Virus record (IMG/VR): IMGVR_UViG_3300044959_000131
Span: 1 to 64,000 of that record
Reading direction: 5' to 3' (one strand)
Source: a virus
DNA: 64,000 nt
The notes below the pieces were generated by a model that ran no database searches, had not been told where the DNA came from, and saw nothing but the letters and a program-made list of their open reading frames with translations. Position 1 is the stretch's first letter, and every line of letters starts with the position of its first letter. Shown piece by piece: positions 8,816-16,356 of this stretch. Both the position numbers and the translations under genes were made by a program.

Positions 8816-9865
8816 TTACTCTACATCCATGACACGGCTGTAACCGGTGATTTTTGCGAGCGCAGCCTGCCCTGCCTCTTTGGCAATGTCATCTAAGGCA
8901 TATTTGCCGATGGTCTCAAGTAGTTCCTTGAGGTTCGACATTGCGTTCGGGTTATTGTTGAGCATCGTCGCTGATGCCTCGTAGTCGATTCCGTCTTTGT
9001 CACTCAAGGTGTAGGCATACTTCTCCTTGATGTCGTCCAATGTCTTTTGGACATCGGAGTTTGTGAAGTCGAGTGACTTGAATACTGCAAAGGCGTCGAA
9101 GAGCGGCTTCAAGTTCTTAGGGTTCAACTTGCCCTGTTTTTCGAGCAGCTCTTTAGCGTGCTTTGCAGCCTCACCGAGCGTCTTGTGCATCAGGGCCGCC
9201 GTTTCCGCAACCCACTCTTGAAGATCGGATTGGAGCTTTTTGTGGGCCTCAATGGCTTGGTCGGCGCTTACCTTGGATAGGCTATCCGCCGCCGAGATTT
9301 TGAACATTCGCCACTCAAACCTGAACTTCGACTTCAGCTCGTCGATATCCAAGAACGATTCTTCGTTCTTGAGATACTGCTTCTTTACCCAGGCATCGAT
9401 TTCGTACTTCTTTTCCTTCGTTATTGGATAGGAGTTCTCGATCCTCTTTGCGGCAATCTTATCCACCTGTGCGTTGAGGACCTCAAGCTGAGCTCTCTTG
9501 AGCTCTGGGTAGTTGTCGATGAGGTTCTTTACTTCCTTCAAGAACTCCAACTTTAGGGCCGTCAGCTTTTCCAGCAGGTCTTCCAAGACTGGATATCTAA
9601 CGAATCGCGCCCCAGCAATTGGAAAATCTGAGGAGCGTGAAGCCAAGGTTGACCTTGCCTTGCTTTCGATCTCCTGAATCCTTGAGATAGCGTCCTTCGG
9701 TAGGAGTTTCTTATGTCCCAGCTTGAAGGCTCCTGGATCCAAGTTTGGCAGGTCCAGATCATCGGCATTGAGCTTCTTGATCGCTGCCCACCTACCTACA
9801 TCGAGGTCGAATAGAATTCCTTGTTTGAAGATTACATCCTCAATTCCTTGATTGACGGAACCCAT
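8816..9865 (-). CDS. DUF3150-like protein
   Basis: LDVGRW..KKL..DDL...KLGHKKLLP...IESKARSTL...FPIAGARFV pattern recalled for this family; last gene of the AAA module. Confidence 0.55.
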   Translation of the reverse strand: MGSVNQGIEDVIFKQGILFDLDVGRWAAIKKLNADDLDLPNLDPGAFKLGHKKLLPKDAISRIQEIESKARSTLASRSSDFPIAGARFVRYPVLEDLLEKLTALKLEFLKEVKNLIDNYPELKRAQLEVLNAQVDKIAAKRIENSYPITKEKKYEIDAWVKKQYLKNEESFLDIDELKSKFRFEWRMFKISAADSLSKVSADQAIEAHKKLQSDLQEWVAETAALMHKTLGEAAKHAKELLEKQGKLNPKNLKPLFDAFAVFKSLDFTNSDVQKTLDDIKEKYAYTLSDKDGIDYEASATMLNNNPNAMSNLKELLETIGKYALDDIAKEAGQAALAKITGYSRVMDVE

Positions 9866-9867
9866 AC

Positions 9868-10116
9868 CTAGTCTCCAACTATCCCAGTTTTCTCTCTAGG
9901 TCCTGGACACGGTCCGTTTTGGCACTCAGGTTTTGTACACGGAATGCACCCTGTGCCGTGGCATATCTCACAGTTATCGCAATTCTCGCCATCGGCATGG
10001 TGCCGAGGACAAGAGGGCCATTTGCACTCGGCGGCGCAAATCTCCCGTCTGTCCTCGGCACCACAGTCCAGGCATCGAGCACCGGGCCATCCTGACCAGC
10101 GGTGTTCTGACATCAC
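9868..10116 (-). CDS. small Cys-rich (12 Cys) metal-binding protein
   Basis: 82 aa; GTG overlaps the stop of the upstream gene. Confidence 0.6.
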   Translation of the reverse strand: MMSEHRWSGWPGARCLDCGAEDRREICAAECKWPSCPRHHADGENCDNCEICHGTGCIPCTKPECQNGPCPGPREKTGIVGD

Positions 10117-10319
10117 TACTTATTCCCGACAGACACCGTTCCCTTAGCGGTGCGAAGAGCCTCTGGCTTCTTGGTCTGTTTCACTACGGAACCGAGCGCC
10201 TTGATGATTCCCTCTGTTTCCTTGAGACATGCAGAGTCGCTGAATCCGTCTGCCTCGATGTTGACGTGTCCCGGGTCCTTAGGATCGATGCTGATGATGA
10301 TTCTCTTCTCGGATGCCAT
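10116..10319 (-). CDS. DUF2997-family protein
   Basis: IIISIDP...VNIEADGFSDSACLKETEGIIKALG; AGGAG SD. Confidence 0.75.
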   Translation of the reverse strand: MASEKRIIISIDPKDPGHVNIEADGFSDSACLKETEGIIKALGSVVKQTKKPEALRTAKGTVSVGNK

Positions 10320-10328
10320 TTGCTTCTC

Positions 10329-10715
10329 CTAGATGTCCATCTTCCGCTCGTACTTTATGGACGAGCCGGTCTTGTGGACCGTAATTGGGATGGACTCATG
10401 CACGATCTGCAGGCTGTCTTCTATTTCTGGAAGTGATTCGCCACTCTTCCACTTCTTGTAGATGTCTTTTGATGACGGACTGGACTCAAGAACCTGTTTG
10501 GTGTGCTTGCATGATCGAATCTTCTCTCCAGTCTTGGCATTCTTCTTTGGGAAGATCCAGCCGGGGCAGTTGCAGGAGAGACTGCCGTCCTCCCAGAGGA
10601 GAGTCTGGTATTGAGCTTTCATACCCTCAACTTCTCTGTTGGAGGTGAAAACCCAACTGTAGATTGCCCTCCCCCTATCTTGTTTCTTGTTGGTTTTTCT
10701 CTTCTTGTCTATCAC
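10329..10715 (-). CDS. SWIM-type zinc-finger protein
   Basis: LSCNCPGW...SCKH. Confidence 0.65.
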   Translation of the reverse strand: MIDKKRKTNKKQDRGRAIYSWVFTSNREVEGMKAQYQTLLWEDGSLSCNCPGWIFPKKNAKTGEKIRSCKHTKQVLESSPSSKDIYKKWKSGESLPEIEDSLQIVHESIPITVHKTGSSIKYERKMDI

Positions 10716-10776
10716 TTGTAATCTCTACTGATTTCTATGCATGAAGAATGTTTTCTTGCGATGTCGTGATCTCGAC

Positions 10777-11223
10777 TCAAGAGTACTTCGTGGCGTAGAG
10801 CTTTATGGTGCCGTCCTTCTCTTTCACGCGCTTCAGTGAGTAGCCCTGGCTCTTGAGCTGCTTTTCCGCCACCCTAGCTGTGTACTCCTGCATGACGAAA
10901 TTCTGCTTCTCGACGTCGAAGTTCCTTTTCTTGTCGAATTCAGAGATGTAGGCCACGTACTTTCCATCCCCGGTCCGTCGATACCCGACGTCGTTGGCCG
11001 CGCTGCCAACATTGTTCCTGCGAATGATGATGTGGCACGGCGGGGCGTAGTCGGGCGAGCTCCTGTCTAGGAGCGACCTGTTGTCACCTTGGTACCCGTA
11101 GAGTGGAGCTCCATCTTCGTGAACTTCGACGTTTCCAGCTCCGAATTGAGCTTCCAAAGCTTCGATGAGCTGCCTTTCGTACTTCTGGAGGAAGTCGACC
11201 TTGATTTCCGTAAAGTGGCTCAT
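10777..11223 (-). CDS. DUF1257 (Ycf35-like) protein
   Basis: MSHFTEIK...LIEALE...CHIIIRR...NDVGYRR..DGKY...YTARVAEKQLKSQGY. Confidence 0.8.
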   Translation of the reverse strand: MSHFTEIKVDFLQKYERQLIEALEAQFGAGNVEVHEDGAPLYGYQGDNRSLLDRSSPDYAPPCHIIIRRNNVGSAANDVGYRRTGDGKYVAYISEFDKKRNFDVEKQNFVMQEYTARVAEKQLKSQGYSLKRVKEKDGTIKLYATKYS

Positions 11224-11243
11224 GTGTAGTTCCCATCTAAGAA

Positions 11244-11274
11244 GGATGCCGGCTCATACTTCGAGCCGGCATCC
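11244..11274 (-). terminator. 12-bp GC-rich hairpin between AAA ATPase and DUF1257 genes
   Basis: GGATGCCGGCTC-7nt-GAGCCGGCATCC, followed by TTCTT on the - strand. Confidence 0.55.
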
Positions 11275-11296
11275 GTTGTACCATACTACTCTGACA

Positions 11297-12847
11297 TCAG
11301 GCATCGATGGCCCGACCGATTGCAACTTCTCGCTTCTTTACGACATTGGCAGGTCGTGTGCGGCCCTTGCACCACTGCTGCATGGCCTCGATTTGTGACT
11401 TCATCATCTCGGACAGAGGAACCGTCTCATCAACGGCCATCTGAATGTCGATCATCCCAAGCTCCCGGTTTGCGGAGAAGGCCGTGAACATGGCCTCGTT
11501 GATGACAGCTTCGATCTCTGCACCCGAGAAGCCCTCGGTGTCCTTGACGAGGCCATCCATGTTGAGGTTCTTGATGAGCTTTTCACGTCCCCTCTTGGCT
11601 AGGTGGATGTGGAAAATCTCCCTCCTTTCGTCTTCGTTCGGCAGGAGCACCGAGAACGTTTCGTCAAAACGACCCTTCCGAAGGAGTTCTGGTGGAAGGG
11701 ACGATACGTCGTTGGCGGTCGCGTAGACGAAGACGGGACTTGTCTTCTCTTGCATCCATGTCAGGAATGTTCCTAGGACACGAGCCCCGACGCCCGAGTC
11801 CAAGTTCCCTGACCCAGAACCGGCGAAGCCCTTCTCAATCTCGTCCAGCCACAAAACGCACGGGGCAACGGCCTCGGCCGTCTGGATGACTCTCCTGGCG
11901 TTTTCCTCGGATGCGCCGACCAGTCCAGCGAATATACGGCCCATGTCACACCGAAGAAGTGGGAGACCGAGCTCTTCGCTGATGGCCTTTGCTCCCAATG
12001 ACTTTCCAGAGCCAGGAGGCCCAACCATGAGAATGCCTTTTGGTGATGGGAGGCCGTATTCTCTGGCTTTCTCAGTGAAAGCCTGCTTCCTCTTGGAAAT
12101 CCATTCCTTGAGGTTTGCCATCCCACCTACCTGCTTCAGTCCATTACCCTGTGGAGGGTAGTAGGTCAAAAGGCCAGTCTTCTTCAATGTCTGGCACTTT
12201 TCCTCCATGACCACCGCTGGGTCCCATCGCTTCGTGCTGTTGTTCATCTTGGACCGAACGTACGACAGTGTGAATGCGTTCTCGGCCTCAGATGTCGTCA
12301 GCCCAAGCGCAGCATCAATCAGTTGTTTCCTTAGCTCTGGACTCGGGATGCTGTCCCCCTTCAGCTTGGTACCATCGATGATACCCTGAATGACTCTGTC
12401 GAGCTCCTCCGGTCCAGGAAGATTCATCTCGACGAGTGCGAACTCCTTTTCAAGCTCTGGAGGAAGCTTGACGACCGGTGATATCACGACAACCGTCTTC
12501 TGGCTGGCCTTGTAGTGCTGTATGAGGTCGATGACCTTGGCCTGGATCCCTGGGTCTTCGAAGAAGTGGTGCATCAGTGGCATTGCCACGATGGACTTCG
12601 GGTTCATCTTTATCATGAAGTCGAGTGCGTTCGATGGTCCGTCTGTGTCATCGACCACCTTTGCGGTCCCCTCCCTCATGAGACCCTTCGATAGAGTCCA
12701 CACCCACAATTCTCGGTTCGTCTCCTTCGCGGCGAGACGAATCTCCTGCAAAGAGCGCATGTACTCCGAGCTCTGCAGGTAGATAGCCGGGTAGCCAGCC
12801 TTCACCTTCTCAATGATGGCCCTAGCGGTGCTGATGTTATTCGCCAT
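11297..12847 (-). CDS. Ycf46-type AAA+ ATPase
   Basis: Walker A GPPGSGKS, Walker B LWLDEIEK, SRH ATAN...PPELLRKGRFD, degenerate N-terminal AAA domain; start refined to ATG 12847. Confidence 0.85.
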   Translation of the reverse strand: MANNISTARAIIEKVKAGYPAIYLQSSEYMRSLQEIRLAAKETNRELWVWTLSKGLMREGTAKVVDDTDGPSNALDFMIKMNPKSIVAMPLMHHFFEDPGIQAKVIDLIQHYKASQKTVVVISPVVKLPPELEKEFALVEMNLPGPEELDRVIQGIIDGTKLKGDSIPSPELRKQLIDAALGLTTSEAENAFTLSYVRSKMNNSTKRWDPAVVMEEKCQTLKKTGLLTYYPPQGNGLKQVGGMANLKEWISKRKQAFTEKAREYGLPSPKGILMVGPPGSGKSLGAKAISEELGLPLLRCDMGRIFAGLVGASEENARRVIQTAEAVAPCVLWLDEIEKGFAGSGSGNLDSGVGARVLGTFLTWMQEKTSPVFVYATANDVSSLPPELLRKGRFDETFSVLLPNEDERREIFHIHLAKRGREKLIKNLNMDGLVKDTEGFSGAEIEAVINEAMFTAFSANRELGMIDIQMAVDETVPLSEMMKSQIEAMQQWCKGRTRPANVVKKREVAIGRAIDA

Positions 12848-13190
12848 TGACTTTCCCCTCACGTTTTGGAGCAAGAAGCTCCCAGAAGAAATTCACTTCC
12901 AATTCCAATGCGATGTTCCGTGTTTTGAAAAACACCAGCTCTCCTGTACGACTACATACGATCTCACTTATCCCGTCCTTTTTAGCGCATCGAATGGCTA
13001 GATTTCGGTCGTACGCAGACCTGACCGTCCATCCCTTCTTTCCGTCTGACTCCTCCCACTCCACATTTGATGCCCGGCAGGATGTCGCTATTTCTCCGCC
13101 GATGTCTTTTGCGAATTGCTCGATGCCATCCTGGTACATCATCTGGATGGTACCGTCCGGTGCAATCTCGACTTCGAATTTGTCCTTCAT
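12837..13190 (-). CDS. hypothetical protein of the Ycf46/DUF1257/DUF2997 module
   Basis: IAPDGTIQMMY...RASNVE...GWT...R..ALE.EV; overlaps both neighbours; start refined to 13190. Confidence 0.7.
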   Translation of the reverse strand: MKDKFEVEIAPDGTIQMMYQDGIEQFAKDIGGEIATSCRASNVEWEESDGKKGWTVRSAYDRNLAIRCAKKDGISEIVCSRTGELVFFKTRNIALELEVNFFWELLAPKREGKVNGE

Positions 13191-13903
13191 CGCTGATGTG
13201 CCTTCTCTATCCGGCTCTTCGATTCTGAGATGATAGAGTCGGCGTTCTCCGCTATCCACTTATGTGGCGACATCACTCCATCATTTGCCTTGTCAACGAG
13301 GTTCTTGATGTAAGTCCCAGTCTCCCCAGACATGTCGGATTCGTCGACAATCTTTTTCATCGCCCATAGGACGGTTATAGAAATTGGTGCGCAGACTGGT
13401 GCTTGGTTCTGTCTGAATTCGGCATCGAGCATCCAGACTTGTTTCTCAAGGTGTATGAGGTTGAGTAGCCGTACACTAGTTCCCTTTGGTGCATCAGGTG
13501 AGCAGTTTTCTGGTGGGCTGGAGACGAAATGGTAGCGGCACATGCTTGGCCTGAACGGGTATATGCTACACTCGTTCTGGTCCGTCAAAAACGGACACCT
13601 CAGCTTCTTCTCAAAGTAGTTCTCTCTGGTGACGTTCTTGTAGCTCGCCGCGATGGCGTTCCTTTTAAGTGCCTCTAGCAGCTCTCCCAGTCTTGGACGA
13701 ATTGACTCGTCCACCAAGAGCCGTTCAGCGATGTTCAGGCCCTCCGTCAGAGTCAGTGTTGCAAGGAGATAACAACAGTGAGCGCAGCCCTTTTTGCAGC
13801 TCACACCTCCAACTTTTTGGATTGCCTCCTGAGCTTTCTTATCTAGTATCTCGAAGAGACGATCAAATTCGTCCGTCAGGAAGACGGTTTCATCCAACGT
13901 CAA
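13187..13903 (-). CDS. YkgJ-family cysteine-cluster (Zn/Fe-chelating) protein
   Basis: CKKGCAHCC...RCPFL...CSIYPFRPSMCR. Confidence 0.85.
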   Translation of the reverse strand: MTLDETVFLTDEFDRLFEILDKKAQEAIQKVGGVSCKKGCAHCCYLLATLTLTEGLNIAERLLVDESIRPRLGELLEALKRNAIAASYKNVTRENYFEKKLRCPFLTDQNECSIYPFRPSMCRYHFVSSPPENCSPDAPKGTSVRLLNLIHLEKQVWMLDAEFRQNQAPVCAPISITVLWAMKKIVDESDMSGETGTYIKNLVDKANDGVMSPHKWIAENADSIISESKSRIEKAHQR

Positions 13904-13973
13904 TCTCCTCTGTGACGTCAGGACTTAATTGTCCTGGCAAGATATTTATTCCGACAAAAGCGGATTTTCTTCC

Positions 13974-14014
13974 GATGCAATGATGATCGAATCAGATTCG
14001 ATCATCATTGCATC
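13974..14014. repeat. perfect inverted repeat, 20-bp arms, 1-nt centre
   Basis: GATGCAATGATGATCGAATC-A-GATTCGATCATCATTGCATC. Confidence 0.95.
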
Positions 14015-14016
14015 AA

Positions 14017-14090
14017 CGACCCCAGCAGGACTCGAACCTGCAACACCTGGCTTAGAAGGCCAGTGCTCTATCCGATTGAGCTATGGGGCC
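14017..14090 (-). tRNA. tRNA-Arg(UCU)
   Basis: Cloverleaf; CTGGC-CTTCTAA-GCCAG; GGTTCGAGTCC; no encoded CCA. Confidence 0.95.
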
Positions 14091-14114
14091 ATCACCGTGC
14101 TTGTCTTCTACGTG

Positions 14115-14187
14115 TGCCTCCGGCAGGATTCGAACCTGCATCGACCTGGATTTTAAGTCCAGCGCTTTACCATTTAGCTACGGAGGC
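14115..14187 (-). tRNA. tRNA-Leu(UAA), short variable region
   Basis: CTGGA-CTTAAAA-TCCAG; 6-nt variable loop; A73. Confidence 0.9.
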
Positions 14188-14192
14188 TAACT

Positions 14193-14750
14193 GTGAGAGT
14201 CATCATCTATGACAAGAACCCGGGAGTAGGATTCACTCAATGGCTCCTGAAGCTATCTTGGTCTATCGGGTGCTGGTTTCAAAAACTCATCGGAGCAGTA
14301 GATGACTACTACGGAGCATCATCTTGGGATGATGCGAAGCAGTGGCTTCTCTCACGGCCGCGCCCACTGACAGTTATCCAGTACTGGGGTCATGGGAGCC
14401 CCGCTCGAGTGTGGCTTGCTCAGAAACTCGTTCCATCATATGAATGGCTGACGTTGAAAGAAGCTATAGCCCCAGACTCTCTTCTCTGGTTCAGGGCCTG
14501 TAGTGTCTTTCAAGGAAATTCCGGAATCGACTTCTCGAAAGAGCTCGCTGACGGTCTGAACTGCACCATCGCTGGACACACAAGAGTCATCGGGCTATTT
14601 CAAGGTGGTCTCTACACGCGCAAGCCGCACCAACCACCAAGTTGGTCACCGTTGGAGGGAACGACGCGGGGTTGGTTGCCAGACCATTTGAAGTGGTGGA
14701 ACAAGAACACCATATTCTGTCTTAGAACCAAAGTCCCCGAGGGTTGGTAA
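14193..14750 (+). CDS. caspase/CHAT-fold (DUF4347-like) putative cysteine peptidase
   Basis: IQYWGHG...LWFRACS His-Gly / Ala-Cys dyad spacing; GGAGG 6 nt before GTG. Confidence 0.55.
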   Translation: MRVIIYDKNPGVGFTQWLLKLSWSIGCWFQKLIGAVDDYYGASSWDDAKQWLLSRPRPLTVIQYWGHGSPARVWLAQKLVPSYEWLTLKEAIAPDSLLWFRACSVFQGNSGIDFSKELADGLNCTIAGHTRVIGLFQGGLYTRKPHQPPSWSPLEGTTRGWLPDHLKWWNKNTIFCLRTKVPEGW

Positions 14751-14782
14751 AGTAGAAGAATCTGCCGAATTTTCCGTCGTAG

Positions 14783-15049
14783 TCACTTGAATCTCTTGTT
14801 GACGGAAGCGATGAGGGCCTCGGCGAGGTCCACGTACATCTCGATTTCCGTCTTCAACGCACCGAGCTGCGAAGCGGTAAGCCCAAAGCACATGGCTACT
14901 CTTGAGGCCAATATGGCCGTCGCCACATTCAGCAACTCAGCGCGCGCCACCTTCCAGGATTCGAGGTCGGTCGTGGACGCGAGCATCAAAACATCGCTCA
15001 CTGTGACGGGCTTCACTTCTGGTTCCTTCTGTTCCGTTGGTTCTTTCAT
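14783..15049 (-). CDS. hypothetical protein
   Basis: Listed ORF extends into tRNA-Ser; real start is probably 15049 (or 15112). Confidence 0.55.
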   Translation of the reverse strand: MKEPTEQKEPEVKPVTVSDVLMLASTTDLESWKVARAELLNVATAILASRVAMCFGLTASQLGALKTEIEMYVDLAEALIASVNKRFK

Positions 15050-15114
15050 TTCTTCACCCCCTTCTTTTTGACGAACAGTTTCTGGCGCGTTTAGGCTCAC
15101 TGCTTTTGACATTG

Positions 15115-15202
15115 TGGAAGAGGTGAGATTCGAACTCACGGGGCCTTTCAGGGGCCCTCCGGTTTTCAAGACCGGTGCCTTAAGCCGCTCGGCCACTCTT
15201 CC
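15115..15202 (-). tRNA. tRNA-Ser(UGA)
   Basis: CCGGT-CTTGAAA-ACCGG, long variable arm. Confidence 0.95.
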
Positions 15203-15249
15203 ATAGTCCAGCTCATCTGAGACGCCAGACGAGAAGGAGTTATTTCGAT

Positions 15250-15798
15250 TCAGTTGTCGTTATCTATTTCCGTGTGCCAGTAGGCTACGGACTTCATCCA
15301 TTGCTTCCAAGCGTCCGGCATTCCTTTCTGCCATGTAAATGTGATGTTGAATGTGTATGGAAGCTTATTAGGCTTTGTTGGTCTCTGAATCAAGTTCATA
15401 TTTGCTTGCTCAGGAGTACGACCAGCCTTCTTCTGGTTACATGGCGTGCAGCATACAACGACGTTCTCCCATGTCGTCGGACCACCTTGTGACCGTGGAA
15501 TGACGTGATCATAGGTGAAGTCGCTTCTCGGAACCTTGACTCCGCAGTACTGACATTTTCCGTTGTCCCTCAAGTAGACGTTCTCTCTCGAGAATCTGAT
15601 CGCCCTCTTACGTCCTCTGATGGATCTGAGGAGTCTGATCACACACGGCATCTTGAATTGAAGCGTAACGGAGCGAACGATTCTATCTTCGTACTCCTCT
15701 ACGACCTCAACCTTCCCTTCCCAGAGCAGAGTAATCGCCCTCTGCCAAGATACTTTTGCTATCGGCTCATAAGAAATACTCAGGACCAGAGTGTCCAT
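15250..15798 (-). CDS. HNH endonuclease
   Basis: RENVYLRD..KCQYCG...TYDHVIPRSQGG...WENVVVCCTPCNQKK. Confidence 0.9.
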   Translation of the reverse strand: MDTLVLSISYEPIAKVSWQRAITLLWEGKVEVVEEYEDRIVRSVTLQFKMPCVIRLLRSIRGRKRAIRFSRENVYLRDNGKCQYCGVKVPRSDFTYDHVIPRSQGGPTTWENVVVCCTPCNQKKAGRTPEQANMNLIQRPTKPNKLPYTFNITFTWQKGMPDAWKQWMKSVAYWHTEIDNDN

Positions 15799-15818
15799 CC
15801 GTCGAGCCTCATTACCAA

Positions 15819-15897
15819 TGCCCCGGGAGGGAATCGAACCCTCACGCCTGAGCAGCGGATTTTGAGTCCGCCGTGTCTACCGTTCCACCACCGGGGC
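15819..15897 (-). tRNA. tRNA-Leu(CAA)
   Basis: GCGGA-CTCAAAA-TCCGC, extended variable arm. Confidence 0.93.
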
Positions 15898-15899
15898 GT

Positions 15900-16082
15900 T
15901 CACAATTCAATTCGGTACGGTGACCGATGCGCCCCACATTTTGTACACTCCCCAGTAGATTCGAATAGATGCTCAGTCTCAGACTTGCAGTACTCTGTTC
16001 TCTCCTTTCTTCTGAACAAACTTTCGGCCTTATTGGCCTTTCCTAACTCCATATCTTCCTTGGTCAACATGCTTGTCATCAT
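15900..16082 (-). CDS. small hypothetical Zn-finger protein
   Basis: C...H...ECTKCG; GGAG SD; fills the gap between tRNAs. Confidence 0.55.
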   Translation of the reverse strand: MMTSMLTKEDMELGKANKAESLFRRKERTEYCKSETEHLFESTGECTKCGAHRSPYRIEL

Positions 16083-16104
16083 CGTACCTTACTCCACTCC
16101 TTTT

Positions 16105-16186
16105 TGGGCCAGGAGAGACTCGAACTCTCACGCCTGTTAGGCGCCGGATCCTAAGTCCGGTGCGTCTACCATTCCGCCACTAGCCC
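16105..16186 (-). tRNA. tRNA-Leu(UAG)
   Basis: CCGGA-CTTAGGA-TCCGG, long variable arm. Confidence 0.95.
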
Positions 16187-16191
16187 GTACC

Positions 16192-16356
16192 TCAATGAGG
16201 TTTTTTGACCGTGAAGCCAGAACCTATGCACATTCCACTATAGGCATAGTGCGGTGAGTATCCTCCCTTCTTCGTGATATCTACAATTTTCGAACACCAC
16301 GGGCACTTTACCTTCTTTGTCCCACTCTTCGTCTTCTTAACGTTCTTCTTAGGCAT
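16192..16356 (-). CDS. small basic Zn-finger protein
   Basis: KCPWC...H...C; start refined to 16356. Confidence 0.5.
   Translation of the reverse strand: MPKKNVKKTKSGTKKVKCPWCSKIVDITKKGGYSPHYAYSGMCIGSGFTVKKPH

Noticed and set aside
12960-12990. AAAAAG...GGGATAAGT resembling the GTATAAGT element
   Set aside because: It lies within a coding region with wrong spacing; likely chance.
13929-14156. + strand 75-aa ORF
   Set aside because: It is antisense to tRNA-Arg/Leu and the palindrome; no protein-like features.
15050-15202. N-terminal extension of ORF 14783-15196 (MAERLKAPVLKTGG...)
   Set aside because: It is mostly the translation of tRNA-Ser; the real start is downstream.
15505-16140. + strand 211-aa ORF
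   Set aside because: It is a shadow of the HNH gene and tRNA-Leu genes.
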